Below, piece after piece: positions 40,331-51,134 of a DNA stretch of 64,000 nt (within the stretch, counting starts at the first letter, position 1; each line of letters starts with the position of its first letter). Location of the stretch: positions 1,862,001 through 1,926,000 of the forward strand of contig CM052818.1 of the NCBI GenBank assembly GCA_028534125.1. The letters are read 5' to 3'. The position numbers were made by a program, and so were the translations under genes. The stretch is from Lama glama (taxonomy: Eukaryota). The notes under the pieces are model-generated. The model saw only the letters and a program-made list of their open reading frames with translations, did no database searches and was not told where the DNA came from.

Positions 40331-42840
40331 ATGGTTTTCAAGTCTCGTATACTTGAAATGTATACCGTTGTGCATAAGGATGTATTAGAAGGATGTTCAT
40401 GTCTGTTTATGATAGTGGAAAAATCACTGTCTACTTGGGGAGATAAATGGAGTGTGCATCTTACGTGCAATCATTCTGCCAAGGAAAATAACAGTTGAAG
40501 AGACAATAGAAGGAAAGCATGTGATTAGTGGCCAGATGGATTATTCAGTTACACGGCTGTGGGAGTTCAGAAGAGGGAGAGGGCCTTCTGGCTGGGAATG
40601 GTTTGGGGAAGGAGACGTCTGTGTTTGGCTGGTGAGATGGGACTCTGGGGACTCTGAAGCTGAGGCAGGAGTTATGAAGGGCCCAGAAGAAGGCAGAAGC
40701 CCCGGGTCAGGGAAGAGTGGGCATACTTGGCAGGAGAGGAGGGGCTGGTGCTGAAGAGAAGAGATCCAGTTGTGTGGGGCGTTAGGGCTAAGCTGGGAGA
40801 CAAGAGCTGCGAATGGCTGGTGCCATCTTTTCCACTGCGCAGCCAGCCACGTGTCCTACCCACAGAGCCCTGCAGCTGGGCTCCCTGCCGTGTTTCTCCA
40901 GAAACATCTACCTGTACTTTTCCTCTGCCTTTGAGATCAAACATGCAGTTTTGAGGTGGCCAGTAGCCAAGATGAGGCTCAGTGAAGCTGAAGGAGTTGG
41001 GATTAGGGCAAGTCTGAGGGCAGGTTCCGTGGTGAGTCTGTGGCCAGGGTTAAAGTTCAGGCTGCGGCCAGGTTGAGGGTTCAGTCTGGGATCAGGGTTA
41101 GGGTTTGTCCACAAGTGCAGGTTTCTGATTGGATCCCATTTTTCTCCTGTGTCAGTAACTGTTGCTTAAGTTCATGGATGAATTGCAAATTTTGGCCAGG
41201 TCTTCTCATACGCTTTCAGCCTGTCTCTCTGGGCCCCTTCTTTTGGCTTTCTTCCCCCTCCTACTGCGCCACACATGCGTGCATCTCTCCCAGACGTCCC
41301 CAGGCCCAGCTGGCCCTAGGTCCCAACCCCTCACCTCCCCCTGTTCTCATTAGCTGAGGTGCAAGTCCTCAGGCAGTAGGTGCCTGGCCTGGGTTGTGAG
41401 GAGGGGGCTGCGTGGTGGGAGGTGGGGGGGGCAGCTAAGCTCTCTGTCCTGCTGCCCACCCCCCCACCAGCGGCCAGTGGCTCTTGTCCCCTTATCATGA
41501 TCATGTTGGGTTGGCTGCCTTACTCAGTGCCCAGGAATTCCGGCTCACACAATGCCTGGGTGCTTTCGAGGCAGGTTACTGAAACTTTAATCCGAGCTTT
41601 CCTTTCATTTCTGACCGCCCCCACCACCAACTGCCATGGTCTCAGCTGGGCCACTCCCTTCCCCTGTCCCCAGCAGACACTCCAGTTAGGTCTTGGAGGA
41701 GGACTCCCCATCCAGCACAGCTTCGCCCCCCAGGCTGTCCCTGGGCCAGGTCGGGGTAGAGTGGAGGTATGCTGGTGGGGGCCATGGGACAGGGCAATGT
41801 CTCCTTGTCCCACTGCCAACCCCCCGGGTGCATGCTCTCCAGCATCTGGTCCTCGGCTGCCTTCCAGTTTGGCTGCCTTCCTCCTGGCCTTCGTGCTTCA
41901 ACACGCAGGAGTTTCAGGAGTGGCTGTGAGGATGCAGAGCCCAGCCTGGCACTGAGGAAGCCAAGGAGGGAGGGGCTCATGTTCTGGTTGTCCTTCTGCC
42001 TCTCTCAGCTTCTGTTGGCCTTTCTCTCTGTCATCTCTGTTTGCTCTCACTGTGTCCCTGCCCCACCCAGGCCCTGGCCTCTTCCTGCCTCCTCTTGCCC
42101 CCTCCTCTTTCCCCAACCCTGTTTCTATCTGTCCCTGTGGCTGTCTTGCTCCTGCTCCATACCTCTGCCTGCATCCCCTCCCGGTCTCCATCCCCTGTCT
42201 TGTCGCTCTTCCCTTTCTGTCTGCATCTCTGGCTTGCAGACTTTTCACTCCATCATCACAGATTGGAGGGGCAAGTCTCATCCTCAGTTACTTGGCAGCA
42301 GAGACATGACAAATACCTGTTGGTGATGATAATAATTTGAGGGAGAGACCCCCTTCCGCTAACCACTCCCCCACCCAAGTATCCCATTATAGGAAACATC
42401 ATCACCCACTCACTTCTTGGAGCAAAGGAATTCAAAGCCACAGAATGCTCTCTGAGTTCCTACCTGGCAGGTGCCAGCCCTGTGCTGGGGGCTGGGATGT
42501 AAGTAAAGCTGACCTCCATCCTTCAAGAGTTTACAACAGAGTAGAGGTGATGGGGCAGAGGCAGGGGCAAGAGCACAAATGCTGGAGAAAAGAATAACAA
42601 GATAGGATGAAAGTAATAGTTCAAGGCAATAATTGGAGCCTGTAGAGGAACGTGCAGGCAAATTTCCCCTGCCGTTTTGAGGACTAAGGAGTCAGCATGG
42701 GCTGGGGGAGCTTGCAAATCCTGGCAGAGTCCGTGAGAGCCAGGTGGGATCTGTGGATGACCTGAGTGCTTGCAGGGAATGAGGCGGCCGTTCTTGGCTC
42801 GGACACGTGAGCAGTGGTGCAAAGGGGAAAACATGCCTGG

Positions 42841-42980
42841 ACAGGGAACTGTATTCAATATTTTGTAGTAACCTATAATGAAAAGAACATGAAAACAAAT
42901 ATATGTATGTGTCTGACTGAAACATTATGCTGTACACCAGAAATTGACACATTGTAACTGACTATATTTCAATTTTTAAA
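42841..42980 (+). mobile_element. Short camelid-type L1 3' end
   Basis: Similar to 6305-6445 (gggaac..tcaatat..tgtacaccagaaattgacacattgtaactgact). Imperfect TSD aaaacatgcctgga / aaaacagtgcatgga. Confidence 0.85.
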
Positions 42981-44499
42981 AACAGTGCATGGAGCCAGGG
43001 TCCTGGGATGTTAGCCTGCTGAGAACAGATGGTGTTTGCGAACAAATGGGAGAAAAATTGATAGGTTCCTTGAATCCAGATAGTGGATGTATACTTGACC
43101 CTTGGGGCAGTAGGGAGGCAAGGTAGCTTCTTGAGCAGAGGGATGCTGGGCCAAGTGACCATCAGGAAGCAGCTTCAGGCCGCTGTGTGCACCCTGCTTC
43201 CTCCCTCGGCACATGAGCACCAGAGGGATGCTCATGTGTCGAGGAATGTGATCCACACCCACAAAGGCACCTGTGCAGACCCTGACCTCCACGGAGGACC
43301 CAAGTCAAGGCCACCGCACCTGCCTGCAGAGGGACATCTCCAGGGATGAGGCCCTGGGCATATGCCCCGGCAGGTCACGGAAAGGAGTTGTGATGACCCT
43401 ATCCCCTGTGCTTACGCCCTCCAGTCGCTTCTCATGTGCCTGGAATAAAGCTCAGAATCTGTGCAGAGGTCACAGGCCCTGCCTGGCCTGGAGCTTGGGT
43501 CCTGCTGGGTTTCCCCATGGTGGGGTCTTCTCAATATGCTTAGGCTGTCTCCCCACATCCTCTCAGCCCGCTCCCTCCTGCTTCCTCAGGGAGGCTGGCA
43601 CTGCCCACTGCGGATGAGGTGTGGTCCTGTCCCTGCGCCACACGTAGGGAGCCCTGGCTCCTAGCAGGCATCCTCGGGGGGCGGGAGTGGGGGTGCCTGG
43701 CTGCTTCCCAGTGCCTGTAAAGCACCTGGTACTATAAAGGATGACATAGTGAGGAACGCAGCTTCTAAATCCCGGTGTCTCTTGAGTCAGAGGAGCAGCT
43801 GGAGAAGGAGCCATCCTTAGAAGCTTCTGGACCGGTGTCCTTTCCATCTTCAGGATATCTGTCCCTTCAGGGTTTGCACCCTCCAGGTGGTCCCAGGAGA
43901 CCCCCTTTCCAGGAAGCACGCCCCGAGCAGTGCCCTAGTTCTGGTTGCTTCTGTCCCTCAGGAGGAAGTAGATCGAGGACCCAGTGCAGCATCAAGAGAC
44001 CCAGGTTCCAATTTGCAGAATGGCTGTGAGGTCTGAAAAATTCATGTCTTTGATCTGAACACCCTTGGTGTGAGGCAACTGAAGGCCCACCTCAGAGCAG
44101 CTTAAACAAGAGGGTTTGGCTGCTCACATAGCAGGGAGTCCTGACATAGGGTGACCCCGGGATGGATGACCTAACAGGCCAACATTCCTCACCCTCAGGA
44201 CCTGGGGACCTCTCATCCTTCCTCCGCCTAACGCCGCAGTTAGCAGTGTCCCCCTCAGGGGGGTAAATGTTAAAATAGCGTCTCTCCTTTCAATAGTGAG
44301 AAACCTTTCCCTTAGATCTACCCCTTCCCTTCGCAGGTCCTATCGACCAAGACTGGGTGACCTACTTGGGCCAGGGGAGTGAGACTTTGTCACCAACTGG
44401 CGCTGCTGGCTCTCAGAGGCAAGCCATGTCACACTGTGATTGTCCTGGTGATGGGGTGCTCTGGCATTTGGAGGTGGGGGGCTGGAAGGTGTCCCGCAG

Positions 44500-45005
44500 C
44501 ACCTGGGATGGTTCGCATCTTCCATGACTTTTGAATGTCATCCGAGCCATTCATGGAGGTGAAGAACCTTATTTTTATTAGGCAAGCACAGGCCCTCGCT
44601 TCATGCTATAGGCGTGTTCTTGCCCAAGTCTTACCACGCAGATTGAGGGAAAATACCTCATGGTACAGAGCTGCCCGCCATTGTGGAAGGTCCCAAAGAA
44701 CCTGGGCAGTGTGGCTTCACAGGGGGCACGAGTGACAGTCGCCCCTCTGGTCACTGCATTTACTGCTGTCCCATGCGTCCTCTGGGGTGGCCTTGCTTGA
44801 CCATATAACGCCTCACAACACAATTAGCTTATCAGAAATGACCTTTCTTGTGCCTCCTTTATATTAGCTACGGTACTGTGTTGATTTTTTTGTTTCTTTT
44901 AAACTATTTCATCTATGGATTTCACTTCAGGATAAAAAAGAGGCTGGCTCAAAATGTCTGTTATCAAAAGAGGGTGTTGGGTTCAAGAGGGTTATGAACT
45001 GCTGC
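44500..45005. mobile_element. hAT-Charlie-like DNA transposon fragment
   Basis: End atggatttcacttcaggata..caaaatgtctgttatcaaaagagggtgttgggt..gggttatgaactgctg resembles a Charlie-group terminus. Confidence 0.5.
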
Positions 45006-45094
45006 CTTAGACAAATAGAGTTTGTCCCTGGGGCTGAGAGGGGGCATCCTCCTTGGGCCCCTGTGATGATAAAGTTCAGGACAAAACTGGGAGT

Positions 45095-45275
45095 TCCCAG
45101 CATCAGAGTCTTCTGAGATCAGCTGGGAAGCTACACTTACTCCCATGAGGGGTGGGGGGCTCAGTTTGCTCATCTGTGTGAAATGGGTTGACAGTCTCAG
45201 CCCTGCTCACCTCCTCCCTATGAGGCTCTAATGCAGGGAACTGTGAACGTTCCTAGAGAGGATAAATAATGATCA
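45095..45275 (+). mobile_element. MIR fragment (overlaps the end of the CLIC4 read-through extension, antisense)
   Basis: ctcagtttgctcatctgtgtgaaatggg MIR core. Confidence 0.55.
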
Positions 45276-46099
45276 AGTAGGAGGGCACTGCTGTGTCCCT
45301 GGGGTCCTTTAGCTGTCTTTTTTTTTTTTTTTCCGGAAGTACTGGTAAGTCTTTTGGCGACATCACTATATGCTATTTCAACCTCCTTATCACTGGGGCA
45401 GGTATTGGTGAACTCATCCCTACTATAAGCATTAGTTAAGTATCTCCAGATGCCCATCATTCCTTTTGGAATATCAAAGTTGCGATATTTTTTGGCCACC
45501 ACCTTGACAACGTGCAGTTTGGGCAGCAGGTTGCAATCAGCTAGTGTCATTTCATTGCCATCCAGAAATTTACATGTGGAAAACTTAATGTCCTCCATAC
45601 TATTCTCATCAATTTCATCAGGGAGGGGAGAATTCAGATATTCATCCAGTTTCTGCAGTGTCTTCAAGAGACCCCTCTCCAATGCTTCATTAGCCTCTGG
45701 CCTTGAATTCTTGATATATGCAGAGAATTTGGCAAAGATGTCCATTCCAGCAGTATTTGATTCTGGGTGTTTTGGTGAAAGCTTTAAGTACTTGGGAGGG
45801 CATAAGACTTCTTCAAGAAATTCTTCAATCTTATTTACATCCGTTTTGACCTCATTGCTGAACGTTATAAATGGTGGGTGGGTCCCCGGAGCCAAGTTCT
45901 GCAGGTCTGCAGGCTTCCTTTTCAGGTCAACAGTTGTGACACTAAACACAACTCCTTTAAGCCAAAGAATCATGAAGAGCCTCTGGGAAAAGGGACAGTT
46001 TCCTACGCTTTCACCATCACTGCCAGCCTTGACGAAAAGCTCGATGATGGGCTCTTTGTCCTCCTCCTTCAACCCGTTCAGCGGCATTGACAGCGCCAT
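45218..46099 (-). CDS. CLIC4: Intronless CLIC4 (chloride intracellular channel 4) retrocopy ORF, 293 aa = CLIC4 residues 1-252 plus a 41-aa read-through C-terminal extension; expression unknown
   Basis: Translation [49 protein letters not shown]...DVAKRLT is essentially mammalian CLIC4 as recalled. The C35PFS motif and the [11 protein letters not shown] are intact. There are no introns, and no frameshift or stop before codon 252. Kozak context is GCCATGG. Confidence 0.95.
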   Translation of the reverse strand: MALSMPLNGLKEEDKEPIIELFVKAGSDGESVGNCPFSQRLFMILWLKGVVFSVTTVDLKRKPADLQNLAPGTHPPFITFSNEVKTDVNKIEEFLEEVLCPPKYLKLSPKHPESNTAGMDIFAKFSAYIKNSRPEANEALERGLLKTLQKLDEYLNSPLPDEIDENSMEDIKFSTCKFLDGNEMTLADCNLLPKLHVVKVVAKKYRNFDIPKGMMGIWRYLTNAYSRDEFTNTCPSDKEVEIAYSDVAKRLTSTSGKKKKKTAKGPQGHSSALLLDHYLSSLGTFTVPCIRAS

Positions 46100-46129
46100 G
46101 GCCAGCTCGGCTGGGCTCCGCGGACGGCA

Positions 46130-46321
46130 GCAGCGGCAGCAGCTGCTTCTGCTCTGGGGTTGTTCTGGCTGCGGACTCCCGCCTCGCTGCGCCTCCCAGG
46201 ACGGTCCCGGAGACTATCTCGCCTCAGCCTGACACCTCAGGTCCTCCTCCTCAGCACCGCCCCACGCCCCGCGCGCGACTCTGAGGCGGCGGCAGCCCGA
46301 GCCGCTTCAAGTCGCGGGGCC
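46130..46321 (-). promoter_or_regulatory. CpG-rich CLIC4-derived 5' UTR with tandem GC boxes (GGGGCGTGGGGCGG); potential imported promoter
   Basis: High density of retained CpG. ccgccccacgcccc at about 46257-46270 is SP/KLF-type on the minus strand. No upstream ATG within the retroposed UTR. Activity is inferred only. Confidence 0.4.
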
Positions 46322-46328
46322 CCTTTAG

Positions 46329-46828
46329 NNNNNNNNNNNNNNNNNNNNNNNNNNNNNNNNNNNNNNNNNNNNNNNNNNNNNNNNNNNNNNNNNNNNNNNN
46401 NNNNNNNNNNNNNNNNNNNNNNNNNNNNNNNNNNNNNNNNNNNNNNNNNNNNNNNNNNNNNNNNNNNNNNNNNNNNNNNNNNNNNNNNNNNNNNNNNNNN
46501 NNNNNNNNNNNNNNNNNNNNNNNNNNNNNNNNNNNNNNNNNNNNNNNNNNNNNNNNNNNNNNNNNNNNNNNNNNNNNNNNNNNNNNNNNNNNNNNNNNNN
46601 NNNNNNNNNNNNNNNNNNNNNNNNNNNNNNNNNNNNNNNNNNNNNNNNNNNNNNNNNNNNNNNNNNNNNNNNNNNNNNNNNNNNNNNNNNNNNNNNNNNN
46701 NNNNNNNNNNNNNNNNNNNNNNNNNNNNNNNNNNNNNNNNNNNNNNNNNNNNNNNNNNNNNNNNNNNNNNNNNNNNNNNNNNNNNNNNNNNNNNNNNNNN
46801 NNNNNNNNNNNNNNNNNNNNNNNNNNNN
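46329..46828. other. 500-N assembly gap, probably false (overlapping contig ends)
   Basis: 46130-46328 is repeated, apparently identically, at 46829-47027 on the other side of the Ns. Confidence 0.9.
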
Positions 46829-47469
46829 GCAGCGGCAGCAGCTGCTTCTGCTCTGGGGTTGTTCTGGCTGCGGACTCCCGCCTCGCTGCGCCTCCCAGGA
46901 CGGTCCCGGAGACTATCTCGCCTCAGCCTGACACCTCAGGTCCTCCTCCTCAGCACCGCCCCACGCCCCGCGCGCGACTCTGAGGCGGCGGCAGCCCGAG
47001 CCGCTTCAAGTCGCGGGGCCCCTTTAGCTGTCTTAATTGGCCACTGGTCATGCCCCCAGGAGCCTATGTCCTCACAATCCTGTATGTTAGCCCCAGATTC
47101 ATTAACACCATTAGCTTCAAACAGAAATGCCATTACCAAAGCATTCAACTCTATCAAAATGTGTGTCTCCCCAGGAGACCAGCACATTCTGTTGGGCTGC
47201 TCCTCCCAGGGCAGGACTGCCTGCTGCTGGGCCCTGGGTGCTGCAGAAAAGAAACAGGTGGAGATGGTGACATTCCAGCATCAGGACGTGCAGAGATGCT
47301 GCTGCTTGGAGTCCACGTTGCTCCCCTGGAATTCCACTCCTGGAGACTTAGATGCTGGCCGTCCACTTCTTCCAGGAGGCAGGGGTGGCTGGGAGGTGGG
47401 AGGAGCTTTGGCAAAGTCGCAGCTTGCTCGTGTGGGGTGGGGGTGAGGGTGGGGTGAGTCTCAGTCTTG

Positions 47470-47690
47470 CAGTCAGAGGGTGGTTCAGAGCGAGGCCGAC
47501 CACCTGGGTTTAAAACTAATGCCTGGATTTAAATACAAGAGCCGCATATTCATCCCCTCTGTGCCTCAGTTTCCTCATCTATAAATGATGTCATAGCATA
47601 TCTATCATTGGATTAAAAGAGACCATGGCTAGAAGGCTTCAGAAAGGTGCCTGGCGCAATGTGATTTAGCCATTAGCTGGCTTGTTGCTG
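47470..47690 (+). mobile_element. MIR SINE
   Basis: ctctgtgcctcagtttcctcatctataaatg..ggtgcctggc. Confidence 0.75.
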
Positions 47691-48629
47691 ACACATGAAG
47701 TTCCAGGGCTCAGAGCAGCATGCTGCGGGGGTACCCCCATCCTTCACTGGCCCAGCAGCTGTAGTCTTAGGGGGGATGACTCACAGGTACTCTGGGGGAG
47801 CCGCCCCGGAACCTGTGTCTCCCCTCCCAGGCCCCGGGCGGCTGGGCCCGTGTAGTGACCTCAGCCAGGAGGAGTGAGCAGTCTTACAGGGCTGCCTCCC
47901 CCTGGGGCTCTCCCAACCCCGCCTTGTACCTGCTCCTTAGCAGGTGACCTACAGGCAGCAGGACTCCAGGGGACACCCCCAGTGACTCACCGTAGGACCT
48001 CTCGGCCCCAGCCTACGGCAGCCCACTGCTTATAGCTGATTCCAGCCCCAGCCTCAGATGCTCCACTGACCCTAACTGATGTGTGACCCTGACCTTTGAC
48101 TGACCTCTGACTCCAGTCATAGACAGACTCCTGGTCTCGGGCTGAGCTCTGGCCCTGGTTGCAGACTGACCCATCTCCCAGACATGGAGGATGGTCAGGG
48201 GGCTGCTGGGATGAAGTCTCTCTCTCTGCACCACTTGTCCCTCTCTTCTGATCCCCGAGCTCTGGGCTGGGCATCTGACTCCCTGAAGATGGGGAGTGCC
48301 TGCCTCGCCCCCCCTTGCTGGGAGTGATCACATGGAGAGGTGACCTCACCCTGGGAGGAGAAGGTGCTGGCTTTGTCCCTTTAGTCCACCTCAATAATGG
48401 CCACTGAGAAGCATCCTTCCTCCTACCCCTCTACCTCCAGCTCCCAGATGGAAGGGACCAACCCTCCACCCGACATCCCCTACTGAGGGAATGTGGCTCC
48501 CTAAGAGCAGTGACAGAGCTCCTCCACGTTGGACCAGGTTTCTTAAGGACAGAACTGTGTCTTTTCCACCAGACTGGGGCATCCTCAAAAGCTGGAATTG
48601 TGTCTTAATCACCTGAGGGGAATCCCCAA

Positions 48630-48860
48630 GAAGAGGATAAGAGCAGCTTTGTACAAACTTGGCTTCAAATCTTGACAGCATTCATTAGTGTGTGTCCTTG
48701 GACCAGTCTTTTAACCTCCCTGAGCTCAGTTTCTTCACCTGCAAAATGGGGCCAGTGACATTACTTACCTCATGGAGTTGTGAAGGTTAAATAGGCCGAG
48801 CTTCAGGAAGCTCTGGGCAGAGCGTGTGGCATGTGTAAGTGCTCAGCGGACGTCAGAGGT
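48630..48860 (+). mobile_element. MIR SINE
   Basis: ttcaaatcttg..tgtgtccttgg..aacctccctgagctcagtttcttcacctgcaaaatggg..aagtgctca. Confidence 0.8.
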
Positions 48861-51134
48861 CAGAGATACCATGCTGCCATTGCGTCAGGGCTTCTGCAAG
48901 GGCAGGTAGGCTCAGTGACACTGAGATCTTTGCCCCCTGTCACTCAAACCAGGCTTTCCTCACTGGAGAGTGATCAGATGGCGGTGCCTGGGCTGGCTTC
49001 CCCTGCCACCCTCAGGGGCTCTGCACCTTCAGGGCTTGGCCCAGCTCCTCCTCAAAGCTCCTCTCTGCCCTTCACCCTATGAAGGCTTCTCCTCCTTGAC
49101 TTCACCCTTACATCTACTCATCCACGTTGGGTTGCTGGCCCAGCCCAGCCTTTCCAGGAAGCCTCCTGGGTTCATGTTTGCCACGGCCCAGGTCTCTAAG
49201 GCTAAGTCACAAAAGCCAGGGCTAACCCACCACGGCTGCTGGCCTTGCCGTGATGATCCCTGGCTGCCTGGCTCTTCAGAGCCAGTGAGTATCCGGGGCC
49301 TGGCCTGCCCCTCCCTCCACAGATCCTAGGGCAGGGCTGGGGCAGAGGTGGGGCGAGTCCTCTGAACAAGAGCCACTGTGCTGGGACATCTCTGTGGCAA
49401 TTATGACCCAAACAACTACCCAAACTCCCCTTGGGAGGGTGTGGTTTTTTTTCTCTCTCTCTCTTTTCAATTCAGTAAATCAGCTAAGTCACTTTGAATC
49501 ACTCCAGTTGGCCACTTGGGGCTTTCTCCTCAGTGAAGCCTGATTCATTAAGGCAACAGGACAGGTGCCAAGGTCAGCCATGAGTTCATGGACTTGGGGC
49601 ATACTTCCTGTGGGCAGGCCAGGGAGCCCTGCCCACAGACCATTGCTCAGGAGAAAGAAGAGCAAGGCAGGCACCCCAATTCATGCCCCAGGACTGACTT
49701 CTGGGGAACGGATCAAGAAAACAAGGATGTGATGCCCCATGGGCTCACTTTGTCAAAGCAAGGTGTGAACTCAGGCTGCCCCAGAGACAGAGGCATCCAT
49801 TTTTTTCAATCAGCCACAAGCATTCTTCAAGGATCTCCTAGATGCCAGGTTTAGGGGGAAGATGAAAAAAAAAATGATTCTTTGATTCCTGGAGACTCCC
49901 TTTTCACCTTGGCTACTAGGGAGCTCAAATATTGACTTAGTCCTTAATCACAATGATCTGTGTCAACCTCTATGTTTGACATATTTGTGTCTTTTTCCTC
50001 TTGAATTTTTATGTATTATGATTATTATTGTCTGCTCATTGCAGCATAGTAGTATGCGTGTATTTTATTATAAGCTACCTTAAGCCCTATCTGGAAGTAA
50101 GTAGAGTATAAATGAAAAATCAAATAGTAGGGTCCGGAGGAGCTCACAGACCATTAAAGGGGAGTCGTGGGAATATCCTGTATCTTTTCTTTTCAATTGG
50201 AGGTAACCTCAAGCTAAAGGATGTGTATAAAGTGAATTTTCTGGGGCTTGAGGGCCTGGAAACAAATTGTGGAGACAGCCCCCAGCTGTGGTTGGCCCAA
50301 ACTGTGGCTCTCTGTGGCAGGAAAATGATTCGGGTTTAGACAGGAAAGCCCTGACTTTTGACCCCAGCTCTGGGACCCAGGGCAGCCCCTCTTGCCCCAG
50401 TGGGCCTCGGTCTTTCTGGGTGTCAAGTGGGTATGAGGTGGGGTTCGACTTTGCCTCTCATGGGGCTCCTCCAGTGAATGGATTTGAACAATTTCTCTGA
50501 TCAGAACCGGTTTGCCCACTGTTCTTGCTGCTGAGAAGGCCCTGGGAGGGTTTGCTCAGACTCCAGGGCTACAAAGGTCCCCTACCACCAGCTCCTAGAA
50601 GAGGAATCTGTGTGTTATAAGAATGGCTGTTCCTGGTGCCAGAGAGACCCACTCACCACCTGAGACCTGGTGCCCTCTGGCTGCTGCCTCCCGCACTGGC
50701 CTGGACCCCTCTATGTCACATTCCCAGCATCCTGGTGACCCAGCATGTGTGTGGAAGTCTCCCGACTCTCTGGGGCAGCAGCCTGCCTCTCAGCGTGGGG
50801 GCGCCCTCCCGAAGCCGTGAGCAAGTGGAGCTTGTGAGCCAGCTGATGGGAGCTTCCAGGGGCATCGCCAACCTGGAAGCGGGCTCAGTGGGCTCTGACC
50901 CGCCCGCCTCCCAGTGATTCCATGCAGACGGCATCCCGGCCACAGTCAACACGAGCACGTGTTCTGTGCCACCTGCTCGGTTGAACACCTTATTTATTCC
51001 ACACAACAGTCCGATGAGAGATACCATTATCAGCTTAATTTTACAAATAGGGTAACCGAGGCACAAAGAGGTTGGGTCACACCGTTAGAAAACGGTGAAT
51101 TATCAAAGTTGTCCGATAATTGCACTTTGTGGAC

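Larger units (their letters stand above)
45320..47020 (-). pseudogene. CLIC4: Extent of the L1-mediated CLIC4 processed copy (about 222-nt 5' UTR + CDS + A15 tail); includes the assembly duplication and gap
   Basis: Perfect 14-bp TSD cctttagctgtctt at 45306-45319 and 47021-47034. T15 run at 45318-45332 is poly(A) on the minus strand. The empty site reads TCTT/AA, matching the L1 endonuclease consensus TTTT/AA. Confidence 0.93.

Noticed and set aside
45218..45235. C-terminal CIRAS plus a poly-Lys stretch as a K-Ras-like prenylation signal
   Set aside because: Cys is at -5 rather than -4, so it is not a canonical CaaX, and the lysines are about 28 residues away; likely chance.
45450..46232. 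260-aa plus-strand ORF
   Set aside because: Antisense shadow of the CLIC4 CDS; no independent homology recognised.
46160..47446. 428-aa ORF with a duplicated peptide
   Set aside because: Runs through 500 N, and the repeat is the contig overlap.
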